In this document: piece after piece, positions 10,268-20,484 of the stretch
How the letters are laid out: each line of letters opens with the position of its first letter
How positions within the stretch are numbered: the first letter of the stretch is position 1
Source: Gammaproteobacteria bacterium
Lineage (GTDB): Bacteria > Pseudomonadota > Gammaproteobacteria > UBA4575
DNA length: 64,000 nt
Direction: 5' to 3'
NCBI GenBank assembly: GCA_965243395.1
Contig: CBDEUS010000002.1
Location: 224,001 to 288,000, forward strand
Translations under genes and position numbers: made by a program
The notes under the pieces: generated by a model
The model's database searches: none
The model's input: the letters and a program-made list of their open reading frames with translations, nothing else
What the model was told of the DNA's origin: nothing

Positions 10268-10294
10268 TTAGAGGATATTGAGCAGTAAAAGTTC
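10268..10294 (-). promoter_or_regulatory. SigmaE (RpoE/AlgU) promoter of the sRNA
   Basis: Minus strand GAACTT-N16-TCTAA ending a few nt before the first hairpin. Confidence 0.8.
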
Positions 10295-10348
10295 GCAAAA
10301 AACGCTTAAAATATAAACAGTTCTTTGTGTGCGTTAAAATAATGTCGT

Positions 10349-10744
10349 TTAAAAACGCTGCTTTACAGACACGCCATACGCACTCTCATCTTCATCCGGA
10401 AGAGTAAGACCACCTTGATTAGGCTTGCTACGTAAATCATCTAAGCCATCGCCTTGATAGATTTCGAATGAAAATAGGCGATACTCGGGTGTTATGGAGC
10501 CTGAAAAACTACTGCCTTGATTGTTATTTGGCAGTATTAAACGTTGATATAAATTAATAATCCTTTGTTGCTGTGCCATGTCAGGCGTCCAAGCAAAGGG
10601 ATGATCAAATGTATCTGAGTTATCTTCTAATGACGGAAACTCTAGATTTAAATTGGGTTCTAGTGCACTTGCTATTTGTGCGATTGAAGCCATGGAAATA
10701 AACGCGGCAAGTAGAATTGCTGCAGTAATGATATTCCTTATCAT
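10349..10744 (-). CDS. Hypothetical exported protein
   Basis: AGGA RBS, signal peptide, C-terminal YGVSVKQRF. Confidence 0.7.
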   Translation of the reverse strand: MIRNIITAAILLAAFISMASIAQIASALEPNLNLEFPSLEDNSDTFDHPFAWTPDMAQQQRIINLYQRLILPNNNQGSSFSGSITPEYRLFSFEIYQGDGLDDLRSKPNQGGLTLPDEDESAYGVSVKQRF

Positions 10745-10963
10745 TATCTGTCCTATAACAAGAAAAAAGGTTATTCACTTTGAAAGGTGTTCCAACTCCA
10801 AGTGAATTAAAAAGATTATATTTCTATAAAACAATGCTGCTCATGCAGCAAGATAAGAGGCGAGTGTGAAATGATAAATGGATTATGCAAACTGCAGGTT
10901 GTAACTAAAAGGATTGTAACTAACTGATATTAAATATAGTGCTGGGAATCACTAGAAAAATAT

Positions 10964-13705
10964 TTAATGGGCTTCATCCCAATTCGCACCAACTGCAGCA
11001 TCCACTACGAGTGGAACTGATAGCTTGCCCGCGACTTCCATCTGTTCAACAACATTCTTTTTAATTGAATCTATTGAATCTTCTTTAACTTCAAACACTA
11101 GCTCATCATGTACTTGCATTATCATTTTGCATTCTGTTTGCTTATCTTGCAGGTATTCGTCAATTATGATCATCGCGCGTTTAATAATATCGGCGGCCGT
11201 GCCTTGCATAGGTGCATTGATCGCTGTGCGTTCAGCATATTGTCGTCGCTGAACATTTTTATTATTAATGTCAGGCAAATAGAGTCTTCTGCCAAATAAA
11301 GTTTCTACATAGCCCTGTTCACGTGCTTGTTCCCGAATGTTATCCATATATTTTTTCACTCCTGGATAACGTTCAAAGTACAGACTGACATATTGTTGTG
11401 CATCAGTACGTGTAATACCAAGTTGTTTAGCTAAACCAAATGCCGACATACCATAAATGAGCCCAAAATTAATTGCTTTAGCTGCACGTCTTTGTTCGGC
11501 TTCAACTTCATCTAAATTCAAACCAAACACTTCTGCAGCCGTAGCGCGGTGAATGTCTTCGCCTTGTGCAAATGCTTCACACAATCTTTCATCATTTGAA
11601 AGATGCGCCATAATGCGCAATTCAATTTGTGAATAGTCTGCAGCCAATATTTGATTTCCTTTTTCAGCTACAAATGCCTGGCGCACACGCCTACCCTCTT
11701 CTGTACGTATAGGAATATTTTGTAAATTAGGATCAGAAGATGACAACCGACCGGTAATGGCTACCGCTTGATGGTAAGAAGTATGCACCCGATTTGTTTT
11801 AGAATTTATCAGGCTGGGCAATTTATCTACGTAAGTAGATTTAAGTTTACTCAGCATACGGTGTTCAAGGAGTAGCTTTGGTAAAGGATAGTTTTCTGCA
11901 AGCTCTTGTAACACATCCTCAGCTGTCGATGGCTGTCCTTTAGGTGTTTTGCGTATAACTGGGATGCCTTGTTTTTCAAATAAAATTTCTTGAATTTGCT
12001 TGGGGGAACTCAAGTTAAATTTTTGACCTGCTAATTCAAAAGCTTCTTCCTCGACTTCAATAATGCGTTTACTAAGTTGTTTGCCTTGTTTGTCCAGTTG
12101 CTTAGCATCTAAAAACACTCCGTTTCGCTCAACGTTTGAAAGCACCTTCAACATCGGTAATTCGATGGTTTCGTAAAGCTTCTTTTGTTTCGTTTTTTGT
12201 TGTAATTCTCTCCAAAACTCCTGGTGTAAACGTAACACCATGTCAGCATCTTCAGCTGCATAGTCCAAAGCAACATCAAGGCCAACTCGATCAAACGTAA
12301 TTTGTTTTGCCCCCTTGCCGGCAACATCTTCAAAATGAATATTGGTATGGTCTAAATACTTTTCACACAAAGTATCCAGGTCATGTCGACTGGCTACAGA
12401 ATTACAAACATAAGACTCCAGCATGGTGTCATGTTGTATGCCGTTTAATTCAATCCCATGATTGAGTAAAACGCTGCGATCATATTTCAAATTGTGGCCA
12501 ATTATTTTTGCCTGCTTGTCATTTAATACGGGTTCTAATTGCTTGAGTACTTCGTCACGATCCAACTGCTTAGGGGCACCGGTATAATTATGTGCAAAAG
12601 GCACATAAGCCGCTTCTCCTGGTTTCACTGCAAACGATATGCCGACTACATTGGCTTGCATGTAATCCAAGCTGTCTGTCTCCGTATCAAAAGCGATCAA
12701 ATCTGCTGCATTTAGCTTTTTCAACCAAGCATTGAAGTCTTTCTTTGTCAGAACTAATTGGTATTTCTTTTTAACTGATTTCGTCGTTTCTTCTATTTTT
12801 TCTTCTACAACACTTTCGGATGATTCGATTGATTCATCTTCTTCGCCCATCGCTTTTAACCAAGTTTTAAACTCAAATTCTTTATAGAGTTTTCTTAACG
12901 TAGTGGTTTCTTCAGGCTTTACGGTTAAATCATCAATGCTTGTATCAATTTTCAAATCACAACGAATGGTAGTAAGTTCTTTTGATAAGGGGATTTGATC
13001 TAGATGTGCGCGAAATTTCTCGCCTACTTTGCCTTTTATGGCTTCGGCATTCTCAATCAGTGCATCAAGTGTTTCATATTCATTAAGCCATTTGGCGGCT
13101 GTCTTCGGTCCAACACTTGGCACACCTGGTATATTGTCTGATTTGTCCCCCGTTAGCGCGAGATACTCAATGATTTGGTGCGGTGCTACACCAAATTTTT
13201 CCACGACACCCTCGGCATCCATTTTTACATTAGTCATAGTGTTAACAAGAGTTACATGATCGTTTACAAGCTGCGCCATATCTTTATCACCGGTTGAAAC
13301 TAATACTTCATGTCCTTGTTTAACTGCCTGATCTGCCAAGGTACCAATCACGTCATCGGCTTCAACACCTGCCTCAGAAATAAGAGGGAGTCCTAGCGCG
13401 CGCACCATGTTATGCAATGGTTCAATTTGTACTTGCAAATCATCCGGCATGGGTGGTCGATTTGCTTTGTATTCTTTATATAAATCGTGGCGGAATGTTT
13501 TGCCTTTAGCATCAAAAACAACCCCTATGTACTCTGGTTCTACACTTTTCATTAATCGCTTCAACATATTTACCACTCCATAGATCGCTCCAGTTGGCAT
13601 TCCATTAGAAGTAGAAAGATGCTGTAAATTTGGTACATGAAAAGCTCGATACAAATAAGAAGAGCCATCGACTAAAACCAGAGGCGGTGCAGTTTTTTTA
13701 GGCAT
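10964..13705 (-). CDS. polA: DNA polymerase I
   Basis: LVDGSSYLYRA 5'-3' exonuclease, AFDTET 3'-5' exonuclease, ADYSQIELR, KAINFGLIYG, QVHDE. Confidence 0.99.
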   Translation of the reverse strand: MPKKTAPPLVLVDGSSYLYRAFHVPNLQHLSTSNGMPTGAIYGVVNMLKRLMKSVEPEYIGVVFDAKGKTFRHDLYKEYKANRPPMPDDLQVQIEPLHNMVRALGLPLISEAGVEADDVIGTLADQAVKQGHEVLVSTGDKDMAQLVNDHVTLVNTMTNVKMDAEGVVEKFGVAPHQIIEYLALTGDKSDNIPGVPSVGPKTAAKWLNEYETLDALIENAEAIKGKVGEKFRAHLDQIPLSKELTTIRCDLKIDTSIDDLTVKPEETTTLRKLYKEFEFKTWLKAMGEEDESIESSESVVEEKIEETTKSVKKKYQLVLTKKDFNAWLKKLNAADLIAFDTETDSLDYMQANVVGISFAVKPGEAAYVPFAHNYTGAPKQLDRDEVLKQLEPVLNDKQAKIIGHNLKYDRSVLLNHGIELNGIQHDTMLESYVCNSVASRHDLDTLCEKYLDHTNIHFEDVAGKGAKQITFDRVGLDVALDYAAEDADMVLRLHQEFWRELQQKTKQKKLYETIELPMLKVLSNVERNGVFLDAKQLDKQGKQLSKRIIEVEEEAFELAGQKFNLSSPKQIQEILFEKQGIPVIRKTPKGQPSTAEDVLQELAENYPLPKLLLEHRMLSKLKSTYVDKLPSLINSKTNRVHTSYHQAVAITGRLSSSDPNLQNIPIRTEEGRRVRQAFVAEKGNQILAADYSQIELRIMAHLSNDERLCEAFAQGEDIHRATAAEVFGLNLDEVEAEQRRAAKAINFGLIYGMSAFGLAKQLGITRTDAQQYVSLYFERYPGVKKYMDNIREQAREQGYVETLFGRRLYLPDINNKNVQRRQYAERTAINAPMQGTAADIIKRAMIIIDEYLQDKQTECKMIMQVHDELVFEVKEDSIDSIKKNVVEQMEVAGKLSVPLVVDAAVGANWDEAH

Positions 13706-13922
13706 GTATAGAAGTTATCGCTAGTGATCAATCAAGTTGAACGTTATCATGTCGCAAAAATTGAAGCATGAAAGTGACTAAATATATTCCACAACTTAAG
13801 TCTGGTCTATTAAGTGTTGTGATCCACGTGATTGTTTAAATCTTGAACGAATTGATTAGGTTCGTTAACCAATAAACTTTTTAGTTAAACCTCAGCAATA
13901 ATAATTAAAAATCCACTTCAAT

Positions 13923-14861
13923 ATGTCGGTCTATACTCACATCAAACAACCCGAACTCGAAGTTTTTCTTGAAAATTATTCTCTAGGTTCACTCATAAAC
14001 TATGAAGGCATCAACGCGGGAATTGAGAATACAAATTATTTTGTAACTACTGAAAATGGAGAATTTGTTCTAACTATTTTTGAAGAAATTGGCTTTGATA
14101 TTTTGCCCTACTATTTAAATTTGATGGCACATTTATCCGACCATGGTATGCCTACTGCACACCCTATCGCGGATCTAGATAATAATTACCTGCGTACATT
14201 GAAAGAGAAACCAGCAGCTATCGTGCGCCGCTTAGAAGGTAAAAATGAACTCCGACCTAGCCATTCACATTGCGCAGCAGTGGGTCATGCACTTGCACAA
14301 ATGCATACGGTTGGACAGTCCTTTGAAGGCGTGCTTGAAAACCCGCGAGGGATTGCGTGGACAGAAAAAACTGCCGAGCGTGTTTTTAGTCATCTTCCCA
14401 GCGATGACCAATTCATCCTTGAACAAGAGATCAAGTTTCGCAAGCAAAGCTTGCCAGATGATTTACCGAGAGGTGTTATTCATGCGGATTTATTTCGTGA
14501 CAATGTCATGTTTAAGGACCATGCCCTTACAGGCATTATCGATTTTTACTACGCCTGTAATGATGTACTTCTGTATGACTTAGCGGTCACAATAAATGAC
14601 TGGTGTAGCGTTGAGAGCGGTGAACTAAACATGGAGTGCTATCAGGCTTTAATAAATGCCTATCAAGCAGAACGCGAATTCCATCCAACTGAAACCGATG
14701 TTTGGCAATATATGTTACGCGCAGCGGCATTACGTTTCTGGTTATCTCGTTTGCAAGATAAAATTTTTCCTAAGGACGGTGAAATAACTCATATCAAAGA
14801 TCCCGATGTATTTAAAAATATTTTATTAGCTCGTATCGGTGATGTCCCCAACCTAGCGTAA
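13923..14861 (+). CDS. thrB: Homoserine kinase type II
   Basis: MSVYT, GIENTNY, IHADLFRDN, RFWLSRL, KDP; divergent from polA as in Pseudomonas. Confidence 0.93.
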   Translation: MSVYTHIKQPELEVFLENYSLGSLINYEGINAGIENTNYFVTTENGEFVLTIFEEIGFDILPYYLNLMAHLSDHGMPTAHPIADLDNNYLRTLKEKPAAIVRRLEGKNELRPSHSHCAAVGHALAQMHTVGQSFEGVLENPRGIAWTEKTAERVFSHLPSDDQFILEQEIKFRKQSLPDDLPRGVIHADLFRDNVMFKDHALTGIIDFYYACNDVLLYDLAVTINDWCSVESGELNMECYQALINAYQAEREFHPTETDVWQYMLRAAALRFWLSRLQDKIFPKDGEITHIKDPDVFKNILLARIGDVPNLA

Positions 14862-14873
14862 CTTTCTAAGTTG

Positions 14874-15371
14874 ATGGAAAACCTATGCAATAAAATTGAT
14901 GCACTAAATGAACGCATAGGTAAAGTCATTGCATGGTTTATCCTGGCAATGGTTTGTGTAACTTTTTTGGTGGTAGTAATGCGTTATGGCTTCAACTTTG
15001 GTCGCATTGCCATGCAAGAATCCATTACCTATATGCATGCCTTAGTATTTATGTTGGCGGGTGCATACACTCTCAAACACAACGAGCATGTTCGCGTTGA
15101 TATTTTTTACCAGGGCATGTCTTCACGCAATAAAGCTAAAGTCGATTTATTTGGAACTTTATTTTTATTACTACCTTTTGCAATTTTCATTGTTTGGGTA
15201 AGTTTTAATTATGTAAGCAATTCTTGGAAATTGCTTGAGGGATCGCGCGAAGCAGGTGGTCTGCCTTTAGTTTATCTTTTAAAAACTTTGATTCCATCAA
15301 TGGCTATTTTGCTATTTCTGCAAGCCATATCATTAGCCGGACGTGCTTGGTTACAGCTAAGCAAGCCATAA
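14874..15371 (+). CDS. TRAP transporter small permease (DctQ family)
   Basis: 4 TM segments, HVRVDIFY, EGSREAGGLP. Confidence 0.92.
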   Translation: MENLCNKIDALNERIGKVIAWFILAMVCVTFLVVVMRYGFNFGRIAMQESITYMHALVFMLAGAYTLKHNEHVRVDIFYQGMSSRNKAKVDLFGTLFLLLPFAIFIVWVSFNYVSNSWKLLEGSREAGGLPLVYLLKTLIPSMAILLFLQAISLAGRAWLQLSKP

Positions 15372-15382
15372 CGAACTAGCAA

Positions 15383-16756
15383 ATGGAAATTATTGCTTTT
15401 ATATTATTTTTAGCCGTTATCTGTGTACTGCTCTTTGGATTTCCTGTGGCGTTCACGCTCGCAGGAGTTTCATTACTGTTTGCGTTCGCAGGTGTTCTCA
15501 CTGGCCATTTTGATTCTGCGTTATTGCACGCATTCCCAAGTCGTTTATTCGGCATCATGACAAATGAAACCTTAATTGCGGTGCCTTTATTTGTGTTTAT
15601 GGGTGTGATGCTAGAACGCTCAAACATTGCCGAAGAACTTCTGGATTCCATGGCTTCATTATTTGGCAGTTTGCGAGGAGGCTTGGGGATATCTGTTGTT
15701 TTAGTCGGCATGTTGTTAGCAGCGAGTACTGGGATCGTCGGAGCAACTGTTGTCACTCTCGGGCTACTTTCGTTGCCGACGATGTTGAATCGCGGTTATC
15801 GAAGCGATATTTCAACCGGTTTAATTTGTGCATCAGGCACATTAGGACAAATCATCCCACCTTCTATAATTTTAGTACTGCTGGGAGATATTCTTTCTTC
15901 GGCTTATCAACAAGCACAACTCAAGCTTGGGATATTTTCTCCTGAAACAGTTTCTGTAGGTGATCTGTTTTTAGGAGCCGTATTTCCTGGCTTATTACTG
16001 GTTGGCTTATATTTGTTGTACTTAATTTTTATTGCCTGCACTAAACCTGATGCAATGCCTGCCGTAGCTCAGCAGCATGATATTGATTTTGCAGCATGGT
16101 TAAAACGCATCACGCGAGCACTTTTACCTCCAATAATTTTAATTGTTGCGGTACTCGGTTCCATTTTTAAAGGTATAGCCACACCTACTGAGGCAGCATC
16201 CGTTGGTGCAGTGGGTGCAATTTTATTAGCACTATTCAACCATCGCTTAGACATGCAGTGTTTAAAAGATGTCATGCAACGTTCTGTACGTGTTACATGT
16301 ATGGTGTTTATGATCTTTATTGGCGCTTCAATATTCTCGTTAGTATTTCGTGGCTATGGTGGTGACACTGCTGTACATGAGTTACTTACGCAATTACCTG
16401 GGGGTGTAATTTCAGCAGTCTTCATTGTTATGCTGTTAATGTTCTTACTTGGATTTATTCTTGACTTTATTGAAATAACTTTTGTAGTTGTTCCTATAGT
16501 AGGCCCTGTGTTATTAACTTTAGGTGTAGACCCAGTATGGTTAGGAGTGATGATTGCCATTAATTTGCAAACATCATTTTTAACTCCACCTTTTGGTTTT
16601 GCTTTATTTTACTTACGCGGTGTGGCACCAAAAGAAATTCAAACTAAACAAATATATAAAGGCGTTGCACCTTTTATTGCTATACAAGTAGTAGCATTGA
16701 TGCTAATTGCATACTTTCCTGAACTAGCAACTTGGTTGCCTCAAAAAATTTACTAA
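15383..16756 (+). CDS. TRAP transporter large permease (DctM family)
   Basis: GTLGQIIPPS, ATPTEAA, NLQTSFLTPPFGFAL. Confidence 0.95.
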   Translation: MEIIAFILFLAVICVLLFGFPVAFTLAGVSLLFAFAGVLTGHFDSALLHAFPSRLFGIMTNETLIAVPLFVFMGVMLERSNIAEELLDSMASLFGSLRGGLGISVVLVGMLLAASTGIVGATVVTLGLLSLPTMLNRGYRSDISTGLICASGTLGQIIPPSIILVLLGDILSSAYQQAQLKLGIFSPETVSVGDLFLGAVFPGLLLVGLYLLYLIFIACTKPDAMPAVAQQHDIDFAAWLKRITRALLPPIILIVAVLGSIFKGIATPTEAASVGAVGAILLALFNHRLDMQCLKDVMQRSVRVTCMVFMIFIGASIFSLVFRGYGGDTAVHELLTQLPGGVISAVFIVMLLMFLLGFILDFIEITFVVVPIVGPVLLTLGVDPVWLGVMIAINLQTSFLTPPFGFALFYLRGVAPKEIQTKQIYKGVAPFIAIQVVALMLIAYFPELATWLPQKIY

Positions 16757-16776
16757 TTTAAAAATTCGTCAGACAT

Positions 16777-16816
16777 AAAAAAACGGTGCACAAGATATTA
16801 CTTATGCACCGTTTTT
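16777..16816. terminator. Bidirectional intrinsic terminator
   Basis: AAAAACGGTGCA...TGCACCGTTTTT between convergent genes. Confidence 0.8.
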
Positions 16817-16833
16817 ATAAACTATGTATTAAT

Positions 16834-17073
16834 CTAACCGTAAGGCGAGAACGTTGGTACCAATTGAAAATATGCAAATACAATTAAAATTGCATAACCA
16901 ATTCCGAAAACAAGCATAATCGCTTTGTTGGTAGTAGTTACGTCTTTCCCTGTAGATCGCATGGGTATGGATGCAATCCACATCGCTATTAATAAGTTAA
17001 CCAAAAAAAATGCTTGTGTGGTGTATTCCTTGGCATCCCACATTGTTTGCCATTTGGTCATTAAATCTTCCAC
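16834..17073 (-). CDS. Hypothetical 79-aa protein with two TM segments
   Basis: Strong AAAGGAG RBS before GTG, two hydrophobic segments, followed by a terminator. Confidence 0.7.
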   Translation of the reverse strand: MEDLMTKWQTMWDAKEYTTQAFFLVNLLIAMWIASIPMRSTGKDVTTTNKAIMLVFGIGYAILIVFAYFQLVPTFSPYG

Positions 17074-17144
17074 GGGCAGTACTCCTTTCCTGTATTTTTA
17101 TTATGGTTATTATGTGGTAATTAAAATCTATGGTGTGTTGTAGT

Positions 17145-18260
17145 CTATCCGGTGCGTAAGTTCAAGTAGGCACGTTCTGAAATATCTAGCCATGCACGTG
17201 ATTTATTGAAGAAATTGCTATAAGAATCATAGATCTTGCGAGCTAATGGATCAGAATAACCCAATTCTGCTGTCACTTCTTTGGACAGCGTAGCGAGCTT
17301 AGAAATTACATCGTCCGGTAATCTCCTTACATCAACATTATGTTCATTTATCAATGTATCCAATGCATCATTATTACGGGCGATATATTCCAGCGCCATA
17401 TCTTGATTTGCCACTCTACAGGCTGTCATCACAATTTCTTGCAGATCCTTCGGTAACGCGTTAAATGCTTCTTCATTAATGAAACACTCAAGCGTAGTGC
17501 CAGGTTCATGCCAACCAGGATAGTAGTAATACTTGGCGATTTTATGAAACCCGAATGCAAGATCATTGTAAGGACCTACCCACTCTGTGGCGTCAATATT
17601 TCCAGATTGGAGTGAAGTAAATAATTCTCCTCCGGGTATATTTCTTGGTGTACCACCAGCACGTTTTAACACCTCGCCACCAAGTCCAGGAATGCGCATT
17701 ACTAAACCTTTCAAATCTTCTATTGAATTTATTTCTTTATTAAACCAACCGGCCATTTGTACATTCGTGTTGCCAGCCGCTGCGGGTACTAAACCAAATT
17801 GTTTATAGGCTTCTTGCCAAAGCTCCATGCCGCCACCATGATACAGCCATGCGTTCATCTCTATAGCCGTCATACCAAAAGGTGTGGTTGAAAAAAATTG
17901 CAGCGCTGGATTCTTACCTTTCCAATAGTATGCAGAACCATGACCCATTTGTGCCGAACCATTTGATACAGCATCGAAAATTTCAAATGCAGGCACAAGT
18001 TCACCTGCCCCATAAACCGTTACATGAATACGTCCATTAGACATTTCATTAATCTGCTTAGCTAAAAACTCCGCACCCGTGCCTAACCCTGGAAAATTTT
18101 TTGGCCAAGTCGTAACCATTTTCCATTCCAAAGTTTTATTTGCTTGGGTATTCGTTAGTTGAGAATTTGAATCTGTTTTCTCATCGCCTTTACAACTAGC
18201 TAAGCCAGCACCTGTAAACGCACTAATACCTGCGTACTGTAAAAATTTTCTTCTTTGCAT
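17145..18260 (-). CDS. TRAP substrate-binding protein (DctP/TakP-like) with Tat signal and lipobox
   Basis: MQRRKFL...LASC; WKMVTTWP, MRIPGLGG, DATEWVGPYND, YYYPGWHEP. Confidence 0.93.
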   Translation of the reverse strand: MQRRKFLQYAGISAFTGAGLASCKGDEKTDSNSQLTNTQANKTLEWKMVTTWPKNFPGLGTGAEFLAKQINEMSNGRIHVTVYGAGELVPAFEIFDAVSNGSAQMGHGSAYYWKGKNPALQFFSTTPFGMTAIEMNAWLYHGGGMELWQEAYKQFGLVPAAAGNTNVQMAGWFNKEINSIEDLKGLVMRIPGLGGEVLKRAGGTPRNIPGGELFTSLQSGNIDATEWVGPYNDLAFGFHKIAKYYYYPGWHEPGTTLECFINEEAFNALPKDLQEIVMTACRVANQDMALEYIARNNDALDTLINEHNVDVRRLPDDVISKLATLSKEVTAELGYSDPLARKIYDSYSNFFNKSRAWLDISERAYLNLRTG

Positions 18261-18292
18261 AATGATTTCTCTGAATTAATTTTAAATATGCG

Positions 18293-20482
18293 TTAAGCAA
18301 TGATGTTTAAATTAGCATAGGCCAACACTAGCCATTTACTTCCTGCATCTTCAAAATGAACTTGTACCCGAGCACTACTACCTTTTCCTTCACAATCCAA
18401 TACTACACCTTCACCAAACTTAGCATGCGATACTCGTCCACCAATTTTAATTCCGGTATCTGCAAGCGCATCAGCTTTAGCACTCGTGCCATTAACCATA
18501 GTTGCTGATTGACGCATAGGTTGCGTTACCATAGCTCGAGGACGCACTTCTGCAATCAAATCCGCTGGTATTTCTCCAATAAATCTTGATGGTGGATTGT
18601 AATTATCTGATCCATACTGACGTCTAGATTCGGCATAAGTCATTACTAATTGTTTTCGTGCACGCGTGATTCCCACATAACAGAGTCTTCGTTCTTCTTC
18701 TAATTTGCCAGACTCTTCCATCGACATATTGGATGGAAATAAACCATCTTCCATACCAACAATAAATACCAATGGAAATTCTAAACCTTTAGCCGCGTGT
18801 AAAGTCATTAGCTGCACACAATCATCCCACTGTGCGCCTTGCCCTTCACCCGCTTCAAGCGCGGCATGGGTAAGAAAAGCATCTAACGGTGTCATGTCTT
18901 CATATAATTCGTTATCCATATGAAAACCACGTGCAGCTACAACAAGCTCTTCTAGATTTTCAATGCGCGATTTGGCTTTTTCGCTTCCATCTTTACCGTG
19001 ATGCGTCATCAAACCAGATACTTGTACGACATGATCAACTTGCTCTTTAAGTTCTAGTTCAGCAATGTCTTCTGAGAGTTTTGTCATCAAGTTCATAAAC
19101 TGTGCCACAGCATTAGCAGCTCGTGCTGCCAATAAACTTGATTGCATTACTTTTTGAGCTGCTTGCCAAAGTGTAATTTGGTGTTGCTTAGCAAAGTCAC
19201 GAATTAGAGCAACTGTACGCTGACCTATACCGCGCGTGGGCACATTGATAATGCGCTCAAAGGACGGATCATCATCTGTATTTTTAGCCAAACGCAAATA
19301 AGCGAGTGCATCTTTTATTTCTGCACGTTCAAAGAAACGTAAACCGCCATATACACGATATGGAATACTTTGCGATATAAAAACTTCTTCAAAAATACGC
19401 GATTGCGCATTGGAGCGATACAAAATAGCTACTTCTTCACGTTTACCATGGCAGGTATCTGTCCAATGTTTAATTTTATCCGCAACAAAACGCGCTTCAT
19501 CTTGCTCATTAAATGATGCATATAAATAAATGGGGTCCCCATCGTCACCATCGGTCCATAATTTTTTCCCCATGCGGCCTTGATTGTTATCAATTAAAGA
19601 ATTCGCCGCAGATAAAATAGTATTCGTAGAGCGATAGTTTTGTTCTAAGCGAAAAATTTGCGAGTTCTTAAAATCTTTTTCAAAGCTCTGAATATTTTCA
19701 ATACGTGCACCTCGCCAACCATAGATGGACTGATCATCATCGCCTACTGCAAAAATTGGGTTCTGCTCCCCCGCTAATAGTTTTAACCACAAGTACTGAA
19801 TAGAATTTGTATCTTGAAATTCATCTACCAATATATGACGGAACTTGGTTTGATAATGTGCGAGCAATTCCGGATGTTGTTTTAATAACTCTAAACTGCG
19901 CAGGAGTAGCTCTGCAAAATCCACTAAACCGGTTTGTTCACAAGCTTCCTGGTAAGCAGTATAAATACGAATTAACTGGCGTTGGGTAATGTCTCCATTG
20001 TCTTGCAAGTCTTTTGGACGGTGGCCTTCTTCTTTTTGGGAGTTTATAAACCAGCATGCATGTTTATGTGGCCATTTATCTTCATCTAACCCCAAACCTT
20101 GGATAACACGTTTCACTAAACGCAGCTGATCGCCACTGTCTAAAATTTGAAAACTTTGTTTGAGCTTTGCTTCCTGCCAATGTGCACGCAACATTCGATG
20201 TGAAATTCCATGAAAGGTGCCCATCCACATGCCGGCTAAGTGATTATTAAGTAGCTCTTCCACTCTTGCGCGCATTTCAGCCGCCGCTTTATTAGTGAAC
20301 GTGACAGCGAGAATACTAAACGGTGATACACCTTCTACTTCACATAGCCATGCAATACGATGCACCAATACGCGTGTTTTGCCACTGCCTGCACCCGCAA
20401 TTACTAATGAAGGAACTGTTGCCGCACTCACTGCATCTCTTTGCGCCTCATTTAGAGGTTCTAATATCGGAGTAACGTCCAT
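18293..20482 (-). CDS. uvrD: DNA helicase II
   Basis: AGAGSGKT, TFTNKAA, VDEFQDTN, LEQNYRS, TLHAAKGLEF, EERRLCYVGITRA, C-terminal HAKFGEG. Confidence 0.97.
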   Translation of the reverse strand: MDVTPILEPLNEAQRDAVSAATVPSLVIAGAGSGKTRVLVHRIAWLCEVEGVSPFSILAVTFTNKAAAEMRARVEELLNNHLAGMWMGTFHGISHRMLRAHWQEAKLKQSFQILDSGDQLRLVKRVIQGLGLDEDKWPHKHACWFINSQKEEGHRPKDLQDNGDITQRQLIRIYTAYQEACEQTGLVDFAELLLRSLELLKQHPELLAHYQTKFRHILVDEFQDTNSIQYLWLKLLAGEQNPIFAVGDDDQSIYGWRGARIENIQSFEKDFKNSQIFRLEQNYRSTNTILSAANSLIDNNQGRMGKKLWTDGDDGDPIYLYASFNEQDEARFVADKIKHWTDTCHGKREEVAILYRSNAQSRIFEEVFISQSIPYRVYGGLRFFERAEIKDALAYLRLAKNTDDDPSFERIINVPTRGIGQRTVALIRDFAKQHQITLWQAAQKVMQSSLLAARAANAVAQFMNLMTKLSEDIAELELKEQVDHVVQVSGLMTHHGKDGSEKAKSRIENLEELVVAARGFHMDNELYEDMTPLDAFLTHAALEAGEGQGAQWDDCVQLMTLHAAKGLEFPLVFIVGMEDGLFPSNMSMEESGKLEEERRLCYVGITRARKQLVMTYAESRRQYGSDNYNPPSRFIGEIPADLIAEVRPRAMVTQPMRQSATMVNGTSAKADALADTGIKIGGRVSHAKFGEGVVLDCEGKGSSARVQVHFEDAGSKWLVLAYANLNIIA

Positions 20483-20484
20483 CC

